Below, one piece after another: positions 20,242 to 32,287 of a DNA stretch of 64,000 nucleotides; positions within the stretch are counted from its first letter, which is position 1, and each line of letters opens with the position of its first letter. The notes beneath the pieces are model-generated. The model searched no databases. It was given only the letters and a program-made list of their open reading frames with translations, and had not been told where the DNA came from. Position numbers and translations under genes: made by a program. The stretch is from assembly GCA_025558095.1 (NCBI GenBank), contig JAIVFI010000038.1, positions 452,612-516,611 on the forward strand, in the 5' to 3' direction. The stretch comes from Hyaloraphidium curvatum SAG 235-1 (lineage: Eukaryota; Fungi; Monoblepharomycota).

Positions 20242-21210
20242 TTATCGACAGCACGCCCCCGGCTTCTTTGCCTCGTCCAGCATTCTCCCATGCTCCTCCT
20301 TCGACCCGGCCACGCGCACCGCCCCCCGCCCGTCGCGCACGAGATCGAACACCTTTGCCCGCCACGGATACCCTCCCCGCATCTCGCTCGTCTCTTCCCG
20401 ATCCCCTTGCCCGAGCCCCTTTTCGTGCGGCTGCGGGTTCCTGGCGACGACCGAGTCCACGACGAAGATATCCTGCCCGAGCTCGCGTGCGAGGGCCGAG
20501 AACCACACGTCGATGCCGTATCCGGGCACCACGGGCGAGTAAGATCCCAGGAATTGCTCGGCGAAGCTTTTCCGGAAGATGGGCCAGCCCATCTCGACGA
20601 AGGAGACTTGGCGGAACTCGGCGGGCAGACCTGCGCAGGAGCCTTTGCTCGGCGAACACCGACACGCGCACCCCTGTGGCCGCAGAGCGTAGTAGGTGGT
20701 CGTTGCAGAGGCGTCGTGGGCCGGGGAGTAAACGGCCGACGCCGGGTGATCCGCGCCGTGGACTCCGATCGCACGGAACATCGACGTGATCTCGCTGGCG
20801 GAGAGCAGGAGGTCGTCGTCAAACACTGCTAACCACTTGTACCTGGCCACCAGCTCCGGTTCCGTGGCCTTCAACGCCCAAAGCAGCTGGAACTTTGTGC
20901 CAGCGCTACGGAAGGCCCTCGTGATTCGGGGATCGCTGGCGATCTCTGCCCATCGCGATTCGTTCCGTCCGTAGTAGGCGACCGCCACGTGGGCCACAGA
21001 AGGGTCCACGTCGAGGAAGCTCCGAGGAAGAGTGGGGTCCCCGATGGCCGAGAAGACTAGAAACGGGGTAGGCCATTCGTGCGACGGGACGAGGTCCACC
21101 GCGTTCGGCGGGGGAGCTGAAGGGGCCGGTAGCTGCTCGAGCCATCGGTATGCCAGCAGCGAGAACAGAGAGAAAAGCGTAATTGAGAGCGTCGCAACCG
21201 CGGGCCGCAT
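20242..21210 (-). CDS. DUF707-like putative glycosyltransferase, type II membrane, intronless
   Basis: N-terminal TM TLSITLFSLFSLLAYRWL; GTKFQ...YKWLAVFDDDL (DxD-like); VYSPA; FVEMGWPIF; GYGIDVW; VVDSV. Confidence 0.65.
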   Translation of the reverse strand: MRPAVATLSITLFSLFSLLAYRWLEQLPAPSAPPPNAVDLVPSHEWPTPFLVFSAIGDPTLPRSFLDVDPSVAHVAVAYYGRNESRWAEIASDPRITRAFRSAGTKFQLLWALKATEPELVARYKWLAVFDDDLLLSASEITSMFRAIGVHGADHPASAVYSPAHDASATTTYYALRPQGCACRCSPSKGSCAGLPAEFRQVSFVEMGWPIFRKSFAEQFLGSYSPVVPGYGIDVWFSALARELGQDIFVVDSVVARNPQPHEKGLGQGDREETSEMRGGYPWRAKVFDLVRDGRGAVRVAGSKEEHGRMLDEAKKPGACCR

Positions 21211-21321
21211 CCTTCGTTTGGTCTGAGTTCTCAAGTGGCGGTTGCACGAAGTCAAGGACGCCGTTCAGGGTCCAGGGTCCAACGTCCCTCGACTTCACCA
21301 ACCTGCATCTCGACCGTAGAG

Positions 21322-22248
21322 ATGGCAGCGTCGCCCGTAGGCCCGTCGACGACCCGCTGGAGCCGTCTGCAGTCGTGGCACGGCCCATTCATCGGGCCCG
21401 GGCCGGCGGCGGGATCCGCTGTGGCGACGTTGGACGCGAGCAAGGCCGCCGTCTTCTCCCTCTCTCCCCGCGGCAACAACACCTTTGCCCTCGTGACGAC
21501 GACGGGGCTGTTCCTGGAAGTGCACCCGCAGGAACCGCGGGTGCGGTTCGCCGCGGCGGACACCGGCGCGCAGCAGCGCTGGGCCGTCGAGCAGACCAGC
21601 CTCAAGCCCCAATGGGCTGGCGAGTACATGTTCCTGAAGTCGCTCGCGCCTCAGGGAGGATATCTTTGTGCCTGGCATGGTGAGAATGGCACTTGACAGG
21701 GCCGTACGTAGCTTCGCTGACGAGATTCCGCCCTTGCCGCCGCCCCAGACGACGCCACCAACACCGTCTCGTTCAGGATCCAGCCCGGTCCCGCGAAGGA
21801 GTGGGAGGTGTGGACCATGCCTCCCTCCGATCCGCTGCAGGATCCAGCCAAGAAGATCAAGCTTCAGTCGTGGCACGGGCCCTACATGACTGGCGACGTC
21901 TCGACCGGTGTCGCTGCCGCTGCCGCCGACGTCGGCAAGGCCACCGTCTTCCACCTCGAGGACAGGGGCGCGGGCCAGTCCGCCCTCGCCCTCCTTGGTG
22001 GTGGATTCCTCTCCGTGGAGGCTGCCGAGCCGCGGATCAGGATCGTCGCCATGGACGCCGGCCCGAGCCAGCGGTTCGAGGTCAAGCCGTCGCCTCTTAA
22101 GCCTCCCCAACCCGGCAACCCTGTCACAATCAAGAATGCCGCCGGCTACATCTGCGCCTGGCACGACGACGCAACCAACACGGTGTCGCTGCGCCTCGCC
22201 ACGGAGCCCAAGGAGTGGGAGACGTGGGCCAGCCAGCAGATCCAGTAA
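21322..22248 (+). CDS. tandem fascin-like/beta-trefoil domain protein, 1 intron
   Basis: Two internal copies: LQSWHGPFI...GGYLCAWH|DDATNTVSF...KEWEVW and LQSWHGPYM...GYICAWHDDATNTVSL...KEWETW; intron ~21680-21748. Confidence 0.65.
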
Positions 22249-22441
22249 CAGACGGTCACTCCCGTTATAGTAGTCGGACGCAAAAAGGATGCTATCCGTG
22301 AAAAGGATCTAGTATAGAGAGCTCGTCGGTCAAGTGGAGTGAGCGGCTTCGGAGTTTCACGCCCGCGCTTGCCACCCGTTTCCACCGGAACCTTCTGAGC
22401 TTGCCAACGCGAGATTCGGCGGGCAACCGCATCTGCACGAC

Positions 22442-24786
22442 ATGAGCGGACTAGGCAGCGCCGCTCCCCTCCTGGGAGCAGCCGCCGCCGGCCTCGTCGG
22501 CGCCGCCTTCCTGGATTCGCGCGTCGGTCTCTCCAAGGACCTCAAAGCGATCCGCCGCGGGAACCAGTGCCTGCAGCGCCTCAACGACGTCTGCGTCAAC
22601 ACCGGGCGGTGGAACATCTCCTACCGCTGGTCCGAGTCGGTCGACCGCGTGCCCAACAGCGTCGCGTTTCGGACGCCGGGGATCGAGGAGGGCGACACCG
22701 GCCGCGCGTGGACCTACGCCGAGGCCGACAATGAGATCAACCGCGTCGCCCGCTGGCTCAAGGAGACCGTCGGCGTCAAGAAGGGAGACCGCGTGGCGCT
22801 CGTGTTTGAGGTGCGTACGCTCCATGTTCGCGACAAGTCTTCGCTGACTGTCTCCCATTCTCTCTTTCCTCCTCCCACTCTCTTTCTTCTCTTGGATACC
22901 AGAACACCCCTCAATACCTCTTCATCCTGCTCGCGATCCAGAAGCTCGGGGCCGTCCATGTGCCCCAGAACTTCAATCTTAGAGGGACGGGTTTCATTCA
23001 TTGCGTCGGAATCGTCACGCCCGTCGCGATCATCTTCGAGGACCGGATGAGCCACATCTTCGACGCCGAGGTGTGCAAGGCCATGAACGACCGCAACGTC
23101 AAGATGTTCTGCTACGACTTTACCGACGGTAGCGCCAGGATCGATGTCCCGGTAGAGGAAGTCGTCTCGGAGGTCTCGCTGGCGAAGAAGTACCCCGGCC
23201 GCGTGGAGCCACCAAGCGAGGAGGACGGCCGCAAGCTTTCGGGACCCACGGACCCGGCGCAGATCCTTTACACTTCGGGCACTACGGGGCTGCCCAAGGG
23301 GACCATGCACCAGCAGTTTGCGCTCAACAGGCTCGCCGTCGTCTTCCCGATCCAGTTCGACGTCTTCAGCAAGGACGACGTGACCATCATTGTGTTGCCG
23401 ATGTACCACTCGCAGGGACTTGTGAGCTTCTACGGCACCATGTGCTCGGGAGGGACCGTCATCGTGGGTTGATGGCACCACATTCGCGAATCGTGTGCTA
23501 ACACTTTCGCGGACAGCCCGTCCGCAAGTTCTCGGCCCGCCGGTTCTGGAGCGACGTCGTCCGCCTCAACGTCACCACGTTCATCTACCTCGGCGAGATC
23601 CTGCGCTACCTGCTCGCCGTGCCGCCCTACCCGGCCGAGCGGGAGCACAAGGTCCGCAAGATCTTCGGCGCCGGCATGCGCGCCGACCTCTTCGTCCCCC
23701 TGCGAGACCGCTTCGGCATCCAGCGCGTCACGGAGTTCTACGCGGCGTCGGACGGCACGGCGTTCACCTCGTTCGAGTGGCACGGCGAGAAGGAGGGGAT
23801 CGGCGCGGTCGGGTTCAGGGGGAGGCTGATGGAGCGGATGGTGCCGGGGACCATCATCGTCAAGTACGACCCGATCGAGGAGAAGCTCATCCGGGATCCC
23901 AAGACCGGGCTGTGCATCCCGTGCGCGAGAGGGGAGCCCGGCGAGGCGCTCGGACCGTACGATCCTTCGCTCCCCGGGCAGCCCTTCTACGTACGTTTCA
24001 CGGCACGCCAATCCGCGAATGCGAGTTGACTTTCTCGGACAGTGGAACAATCCCGAGGCCATCGAGAAGAAGATCTACCGGGACGTGCTCCAGAAGGGCG
24101 ACATGTGGTGGCGCAGCGGCGACCTGCTCGTGCAGGACAGCAAAGGCTACTTCTTCGTGAGCTTCTTTTGGAAGTCGAGGCTCACGCCTCGGGATTGACG
24201 TGGTTTCTGTTTCAAGTTCATGGACCGGATCGGCGACACCTTCCGCTGGAAGGGCGAGGTGAGCCCCTCCTGACATCCTCTTGGCGAAACTGGTTGCTGA
24301 TACGGGGTTTCCCGTCCAGAACGTGTCCACTCTCGAGGTCGGGAACGCCATGACCGAGTTCCACCCGCTGCAAGAAGCCAACGTGTGAGTGCTCGTAAGG
24401 TCCCCATGGGCAACCGAGAACTGACCCGATTTTGCCTCAGTTACGGCGTCAAGTTCCCCGGCATCGAGGACGGACGCGCCGGAATGGCCATGGTCACGAT
24501 CCGCGAGGAGTACGCCGGCAAAGACGTCGATCAGCTGATGCGCGACCTCGGCAAGCACACCGTGAAGATGCTGCCTCGCTACGCGGTGCCCATCTTCGTG
24601 CGGGTCGCCCCCGAGATCGAGATCACGGGGACTTTCAAGCACCGTAAGGTCGAGTATCAAAAGGAGGGTGTGGATCCGGCCGTCGTGTCGGACAAGCTCT
24701 TTTGGATGCCACCTGGGTCCAACGAGTATGTGCCGTTCGGCAAGGCCGAGTATGCTACTCTGGGCCAGCTGAAGGGAAAGCTCTGA
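22442..24786 (+). CDS. fatty acid transport protein / very-long-chain acyl-CoA synthetase (FATP/Fat1 family), multi-intron
   Basis: YTSGTTGLPKG; LPMYHS; RKFSARRFWSD; YLGEILRYL; GDMWWRSGDLL; DRIGDTFRWKGE|NVST; GRAGMA; ITGTFKHRK; ends LKGKL*. Confidence 0.93.
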
Positions 24787-24902
24787 TGTGTAGCACGATC
24801 TTGGAATCATACAGATTGTGTGTTCGCCACAGACAGATCTTCGTCGGCTTTGCGGTGGCGCGGTAAGCCGGTCGGGGATCTCCCGCACCTTGCCAAATCG
24901 CG

Positions 24903-27900
24903 ATGGCCGAGGGACAGCTCGTGGCCCTTGCCTCGGGCATTCCTGATACCCTCCTCTTGCTCGTGGGATCGTTCTTCTCGGCGAAATTGGCGCGCCGGTC
25001 GGGGCCGCCGGGCGCGTGGAACTCGGAGGACGCCGACCTGTCGGACGACGATATACCCGGCGCGGACGCTGCAGAGGCCGAGAACGCGGCCAATGGGCAT
25101 CTCAACGGGCACGTGCCGCGGGATCTCAACGGCGAAGGGGAGCAGGACGGCGAAGATGAGGAGGAGGCAAAGGAAACGGACTTCCTCCTTTCGCTCCCTT
25201 GGCGACGCCCGCCGCCAAGGGGATCTCTCTTCTGGGCAAAGCTGGTGAGATTTCTGTAGCAGCTTGACAGAGGGCCTGCTTATTCCACTCCGAAACAGGC
25301 CGCGTACTCGCTTCTGGTCGCGGTCCCCGCCGCGGGACTGGCGCACCAATTGGCCGTTGGAGAGGCCTCCGCAATCGAGCTTGTGTCGGGTTGCCTGACC
25401 ATCGCGGCTTCGATTGTCGCTTTGACTCTCTCTCTCCTTTCCCACACGCGACTGCGGCTCTACAAGCGGGCGTCTCCCCTTCTTCTGCTCCTCCCTGCTG
25501 TCGCGGCCGGTCATGCCATCGCGGCTTACCTTCGACCCGTTTCACTCACTCCGGCGGAGCTTGGGCTCCTCATTGCTGGATTGGCTGCCATCGTGCTCTG
25601 CTTTGGGCTTGAACTGGTGCCGAAGGAGGCACCGAACCCCCGGCTGAACCCCGTTCAGCGCGCCAACATCTTTAGCCAGCTCACGTACTCCTGGCTCTCG
25701 CCTCTGCTCCGCTTGGGCAGCGAGCGCGCTCTGGAGCTCTCGGATCTGCCGCCCCTCCGCGCGAAGGACACCTCCAGTGCGGCGTTTGACCTCTTCTCTG
25801 CGGCCTGGGACAGCATCCCGGAAGGAAAGCGTGGTCTGTGGAGGGCCTACGTCAAAGCCTTTGGGCTCGAGTTCTTTCTCGTCGGCGTCATCAAGCTGGC
25901 GCAGGACCTACTCGGATTCGCCCAGCCGCTGCTCCTCTCCGAGCTCATCGGCTTTGCCGCTTCCTACGCGACCCCGCAACCCCTCCCGCCGTCGCGCGGC
26001 ATCCTCGCGGCCTGTGCCATGCTCTGCGCCTCGCTCACGCAGACTTCGCTGCTGCAGACCTACTTCTTCAGGGGCATCTCGATCTCGCAGCGGATCGAGG
26101 CGGCCACCGTCACCGCGGTCTATCGCAAGTCCCTCGTGGCGGCCAAGGGCGAGGGCGGAACGGCAGGCGAGATCACCAACCTGCAGTCGGTGGACGCGGA
26201 CAGGATCTCGAGCACCATGCCCTACCTTCACGTTCTATGGTCGGGACCGTTGCAGATCCTCGTGGCGCTTGCGCTGCTGTACCGCCAGCTCGGGCCATCG
26301 ATGCTGGTCGGTCTGGGGGTGATCCTGTTGATGATTCCCGTGAACACCGTCATCGCCAAGTGGGACGCCAAGCTCGAGGAGGACCTTATGGACCGCCGCG
26401 ACCAGCGCGGTAAGAAGACGGAGGAGCTATGGAGAGGCGTGGGGATCGTGAGGATGTACGGCTGGGGCACCCCGTTCGTGAGGAGGATTGAGGAGGGGAG
26501 GAACGGGGAGCTGAAGACGTTGAGGAAGATCTGGTGGTTGAGCGCGTTCTCCAAGTGGGACAGGATCTCTGCGGCTCCCTAAGCTTCGCTGACTTCCAGT
26601 TCGACAGCCTCACTTGGACCTGCACGCCCTTCTTCGTCTCGCTCGCAACCTTTGCCTGCTTCACCTTCGTCTCGAGCGAGCCCCTCACCAGCAAGCGCAT
26701 CTTCGTCAGCATCTCGCTTTTCAACATGATGACTTTCCCCCTTGTCGTGTTCCCCATGGTAAGGTTGAGCTAGCGTCATGCCTTGCAGTCGCTGATTATC
26801 AGTGCCACGACAGATCATCAACGACCTCATCCAAGCCATCGTTTCTGTTCGCCGCGTTGAGGCCTACCTTGGCTGCCAAGAGCTGGACCCCAAGTCGGTC
26901 ACTCAACTCCCCTCCAGTTCTGCCAAAGCGGTCGTCATCTCCGACGCCACACTTTCCTGGGTTCCGCCCCCGGCTCCGCCTACCTTGGACTCGCTCTCGG
27001 TCGAGTTGGACAGAAACTCCCTCGCGGCCATAACTGGCCGCGTCGGTTCGGGAAAGAGCACGCTCCTCTCGTCGCTCCTGGGCGAGGTCCCCCTCTGCTC
27101 AGGCTCGGTAGCGGTGTCGTCCCCCGGCGGGATGGCATACGTCCCGCAGCACCCGTATATCTTCAGCGGGACCGTGAAGGACAACATCCTGTTCGGACTC
27201 CCTTTCGACGCGGATCGGTATGCCGCGGTGCTCCGTGCTTGCGCTCTGGAGGCCGACTTAGCGCGTTTGCCGAGCGGGGACGCGACGGAGCTGGGAGCAA
27301 GGGGCGTGACCGTTTCCGGGGGCCAGCGAGCGGTGAGTGTCTCGCCGGAAGCACCTTGCCGGATTGCTCACTGGGCCAATCCAGCGTATCGCGCTCGCCC
27401 GAGCCGCGTACAGCTACCACCACGTCGCCCTCCTCGACGATCCCCTCGCGGCCGTGGACGCCCGCGTCGCGCGCCAGCTCTTCGAGCTTTGCATCGGCCC
27501 CAACGGGATCATGGACGGCCGCACGCGGCTGCTCGTCACCCACGGGACGAACGTCATCCCCGCGTGCAGCACGATCGTGGCTCTCCGCGGCGGCAAGGTG
27601 GTGGACGCCGGGGAGGTTGAAGGGGTCGTCAGGGAAGCCGAGGAGGAAGTAACACACGAGAGCGACAGCGACGAAGGAACGGTGGGTGGCGACGGTGTCA
27701 AGAAGTCAACCGCGAAAGACCTCGGCAACGAAGGCGAACCGCTCCCTGGCGGCGGCCAGCTGACACAGGCCGAGGAATCCAAGAAGGGCTCGGTCGGCCT
27801 CGCGACGTACCTGGCCTACATACGGGCGTGCGGATGGCCCGGTGTCATCACCTTCGTGGTTCTCGCGGTCTTTGCCCAAATCGCCGGCGTCGGAAGGAAC

Positions 27901-29785
27901 CTGTGGCTGGCGCACTGGGCGGCCCAGAACGACTCGCGCTCCGGGCAGCCCGACGCGGCGATCGCCTTCAATCTCGCCGTCTACGCATGCCTCGGGTTCG
28001 GACAGACCATTCTGGTGGCGGGAGAAGAGGTCGCGTCGCGCGTCTGGTGCGCTGTGCGGGCCTCGGGCATCCTGCACTCCAAGATGCTCCGCACCGTCAT
28101 ACGCGCGCCTCAATGGTGGTTTGATGCCACGCCGCTGGGAAGGATCCTGAACAGGTTCACTTCGGACGTCAACACGGTGGACCAGAAGCTGGTCCGCACG
28201 CTCAGCTCACTCGTCACGGACGTACTCTTCGTGCTGAGCGTCATCATCGTGGATTCGGCGGCCACCCCGGCGGTTCTGCTTTTCGTGCTGCCGCTTGGAT
28301 ACATCTACTACCGGATCGGGGCCTATTACGTGTCCTCAAGCAGGGTCGGTTGCTCACCTGCATTTTTGTCATCGATATCTGACGACCTCGGTTGACAGGA
28401 GCTCCAACGACTCCAATCCGTCACCAAATCCCCCGTCTACCAGCACTTTTCCGAGACCCTCGCCGGCATCTCCACCGTCCGGGCCTTTGGCCAATCTCCC
28501 CGATTCGCCCGCGAATCCCTCCGCCGCATCGACGACCACCTTCGCGCGCGCTTCGCGAGGTTCAGCGCCAACCGCTGGCTCGCCGTCCGACTCGAGGGCA
28601 TCGGCAGCCTGATCGTGTTCGGGACGGCGCTGTCTTCGGTGCTGGCCATCATCAGGAACCCGGGCGGGATGAGCTCGAGCATGGTCGGACTGGTCATCAG
28701 CTACGCGCTCACCTTGGGTGACTCGCTCTCGTGGCTCGTCCGCGAATGTGAGTTCCTCCCGCCGTTCGTTGATGGCGCGTTTTGACCTTCACGTTCGTCC
28801 AGCCTGCGACGCCGAGTCTTCGATCGTCTCTGTCGAGCGGATCGAGGAGTTCTGCAACCTTCCCCAGGAAGCTCCCGACCACATCGAGGGCAACCCTCTC
28901 CCCCCCGGCTGGCCGGCACACGGCGCCGTCTCATGGGAGGGCTATTCGACGCGGTACCGCGAGCACCTCCCCATGGTCCTCCGCGACCTCAACCTCTCGG
29001 TCGCGGGCGGCGAGAAGATCGGCCTCGTGGGCCGCACGGGGAGCGGCAAATCGTCGCTCGCCCTGTCGCTCTTCCGCGTCGTCGAGCCGGCGGCCGGGAG
29101 GATCACCATCGACAGGGTGGACGCGGCGGGCATCGGGCTGGCGGACCTGCGGTCCAACATCACCGTGATCCCGCAGGACAGCGTGCTTTTCCAAGGGTCG
29201 GTGCGCTCCAACTTGGATCCGTTCGGGGAGCACGGGGACGAGGCGCTGTGGGGGGCTCTGGAGATGGCGCACCTGAAGGAGCTGGTATCCGGCATGGAAG
29301 GCGGGCTGAATGCGGAGGTCCGAGAGGTGAGCTGCAGTCCGCCAGCGGGATCAGTCCGGCGCTGATTGCAGTGTCTTTTCCAGAACGGCGAGAACTTCTC
29401 CGCGGGCCAGCGGCAGATGCTCAGCCTCGCCCGCGCCCTGCTCCGGCGCACCAAGATCTTAATCCTTGACGAAGCCTCGGCCAACCTGGACCTGGACTCG
29501 GACGCGCTGGTGCAGGCCACCATCAAGGAGGCCTTTGCCGGCTCGACCATCATCACCATCGCGCACCGCCTCAACACGGTCCTCGATTACGACCGCATCG
29601 TGGTGCTTTCCAACGGGCAGATCCTCGAGGTTGGGCCGCCGGAGAAGCTGCTCGCGGACCGGCAGTCGGCTTTCTATGCGCTCGCGAAGGAGGCGGGGCT
29701 GGTCGGAGGGAGGGGAGGGACGGGACGGGAGACGCCGATCAGCGTCGGGAGGTCGACGCCCAAGCCGCTGCCTCGCGAGTCTTAG
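24903..29785 (+). CDS. ABCC/MRP (Ycf1-like) full-length ABC transporter, multi-intron
   Basis: ANIFSQLTYSWL; NBD1 GRVGSGKS, VSGGQRA|RIALARA, LLDDPLAAVD; WFDATPLGRILNRF; NBD2 GRTGSGKS, FSAGQRQ, ILDEASANLD, TIAHRL. Confidence 0.95.
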
Positions 29786-29978
29786 ACCGATGGAGCAGCG
29801 AATCCATAGAACGGATGCGCGCCCCTGCATCTCGAGCGTGCTGTGGGCGGGAAAACCGGCCGGGGCACCGCCGACCTGAGTCCGTCAGCCATGCGCTGTT
29901 CCACCACAGCGCCATAAACACGAGGAGATGTCAGGTCCGATCATTTCTCATTCTTTGGCACCGGGACACCGTTCTCCC

Positions 29979-32093
29979 ATGGAGTCTGCTCCCTCCCGCC
30001 GCCCGGCGCGGTCTTTGCTCCCACCCGAGCTCTGGCGCGCCGTGCTGTGCCGCACCCCCGAACCCCGCGAAGTCGGCTCGCTCGCCCGCACCGCGAAGGT
30101 GACCCTCGCCGAGGCGGCCGATGATGCGTTCCGCGCCGAGTGGCTGCTCGCGCGATTCGGCCGTGGGGAGTCCGTGCGGTTCCTGCTCTTCGAGCTGCCG
30201 CGGCTGCTCGCGACTTCGGCCCGCCGCGCCAAAACAACCTCTACTCCGCCTATCATGCAATGTCTGACTCTGAAAGGCGCCATCGTGCGCCGGGGGGACT
30301 TGCAGGCCGCCTGCCGAGCCGTGTCGAACAGGCTTCACTCGTCTTCGGATCGGCCCCGCGACTGGGTCCCCGTCGGCGCCGACCTCTCTGACGCCGACGG
30401 TGAGGTGGTCAAATTCCTTCAGGCCGTCTTTGCCCTGTGCGCCTCTGCATTCCCTGGGCAACCGGCGTCCCTGTACACCTACGACCTCAAGGTCTTCATG
30501 ATGACCCTGGGCTACGGAACTCGCTTCGGCACCTCGCACTTCGAGAACCCCCCCGACTGGCCGCCCGAGCGCGACGTCGCGCCGGGGTACCGCCGCTCGC
30601 GGTGGCAGCTCTCCCGCCCCGACGAGGAGAAGCTCCGCTCCCTCGTGTTCAACTTCAACCTCTCGCTGCTGCACCACGGCAGGAAGAAGCTCGCGACCGT
30701 GCCCGGCGTCCGCACGGACTTCTCGGCCGACGGCGGCATCGCCCCGGCTCCGGCAGACTGGCTGGCCTGGGACCTCGCCGTGTCGGAGAACTCTTGCTTC
30801 CAGGCCCTCTGCGCCTCCCGCAACATCGCCTTCTCCGCCATGGCCTTTTGGGCGTGCGCCGTGTTGGACATCACCGCGCTGTACGTGCAGTGGGGCGGTG
30901 ACGACGATGCCTTCGAGCAGGTGCCCGGGGTCACGGCCGTCACCTCCTCCGTCCTCTCGGAGCACCACGAAGCGGTGCTGGATGCGTTCATGTCCTCGCA
31001 CGCCGCCGCCCTGGAGATGGACCGTTCGATCGAGGCCTACGTGCGGATGGCGGTGTTTGCCGCCGAGCGGAGGAACGAGTACGCCGCCCGGGACGCGTGC
31101 CGCAGGCTGTTCCGGGGGATGCCCGGCAAGGGGATCGCCGAGGTGCTGGCCGCAGGTGCCGCGAGGGACGGGTACAGGATGCTCGCGCTGCTGGTGAGCA
31201 ACGCTGACCTGTTTGCTGAGCACGCGGGGTTCGCGTCGCAGGCGGAGCTGGAGGAGACTGTGATCGCGCTGGTGCTCGACGGGGCCGAGAAGCGGCTGGC
31301 GTCGCCCGATCACCAAGGAGTCGCCAACGCGGGCCTGTTCCCGTTTAAGTGGGCGGTGCAGAAGCTCGCCCCGGGGTTCCGCTCGCAGCCCGGCACGCTC
31401 CCTCCGACCTCGGTGGACAACCCGACCGCCATGCGCGCCGTCGACCTCGCCTTTTCCTTCCTCGACGCCCTGTGCCGCCCGTTCACCTCCCCCGAAGGCC
31501 GGCAGCTCGTTCCCCTGGAGCTCTTTTCCCACCCCCTCGACCGCATCGTCACTGATCCTTTCGGCGCGGCCGCCCTCTCCCTGGTGCCCCTCGCCGGGCG
31601 CGGCGCCTTTGAGGGCGCGTGGTCCGGTATCGCCTCTGCGATCGCGCGCGCCCCATGCGGGTTCACCGACCACCAGAAGGGCGTGATGGCCTGCGTCGGC
31701 GACCTCGTCGCGCGCTCCCGCGCCGTGCACAAGGCAATCGCCCTGGCCGAGCACGCGGACGGCGGCGACGAGGGCGATCCCGAGGCCACGGTGCGGTTCC
31801 TCTTCGACGAGGCGGAGCAGCGGGCGTTCCTGGCGGGCCAGGTGTACCGCGAGCTGGAGGAGGCGGGGCACCTCGCGCCCGGCGGAACCGCGCTCGTGGT
31901 GCGCGGGCCGCTGTTTGCCTTCCTTGCGGGGGTGCACGGAAGGTGGGAAGCTGCGGTGCGGCCGGTGCTCCGGAAGGAGATGGTGTCGTTCGACGAGGAC
32001 GAGGGGATGGACGGCGTGCTCGATGAACTTTTTGGCGAGGCGGAGGCGGAGGAGGCGGAGGAGGTGACGGAGACGATCGCATCGCTGGTGTGA
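29979..32093 (+). CDS. hypothetical protein with N-terminal F-box-like motif, intronless
   Basis: Long ORF with normal amino-acid composition; LLPPELWRAVL...RAEWLLARFG at the N-terminus. Confidence 0.65.
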   Translation: MESAPSRRPARSLLPPELWRAVLCRTPEPREVGSLARTAKVTLAEAADDAFRAEWLLARFGRGESVRFLLFELPRLLATSARRAKTTSTPPIMQCLTLKGAIVRRGDLQAACRAVSNRLHSSSDRPRDWVPVGADLSDADGEVVKFLQAVFALCASAFPGQPASLYTYDLKVFMMTLGYGTRFGTSHFENPPDWPPERDVAPGYRRSRWQLSRPDEEKLRSLVFNFNLSLLHHGRKKLATVPGVRTDFSADGGIAPAPADWLAWDLAVSENSCFQALCASRNIAFSAMAFWACAVLDITALYVQWGGDDDAFEQVPGVTAVTSSVLSEHHEAVLDAFMSSHAAALEMDRSIEAYVRMAVFAAERRNEYAARDACRRLFRGMPGKGIAEVLAAGAARDGYRMLALLVSNADLFAEHAGFASQAELEETVIALVLDGAEKRLASPDHQGVANAGLFPFKWAVQKLAPGFRSQPGTLPPTSVDNPTAMRAVDLAFSFLDALCRPFTSPEGRQLVPLELFSHPLDRIVTDPFGAAALSLVPLAGRGAFEGAWSGIASAIARAPCGFTDHQKGVMACVGDLVARSRAVHKAIALAEHADGGDEGDPEATVRFLFDEAEQRAFLAGQVYRELEEAGHLAPGGTALVVRGPLFAFLAGVHGRWEAAVRPVLRKEMVSFDEDEGMDGVLDELFGEAEAEEAEEVTETIASLV

Positions 32094-32287
32094 GGCATCC
32101 AGGGCTGAATCTATCAAACTCCTCCCGAAATGCAAATCAATGGCATTCTCCCTCTGGCCAATGCGATACCCGCGGTATACAGTCCACCCCCGTTTTCTCT
32201 TTCACTGTGGCGTTGCGGCGGATGTGGCTGGCACTGGCGAGTGATCGACGATCCGTCCCGCTGCCCCTCCTCAACCCCGCCCAAAAC

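Noticed and set aside
19947-20260. Protein-like plus-strand stretch EVREIEVERMLPEAIGGGFITEEDPRWKD...
   Set aside because: No recognisable family, and it runs into antisense of the DUF707-like gene; it could be a relic but cannot be supported.
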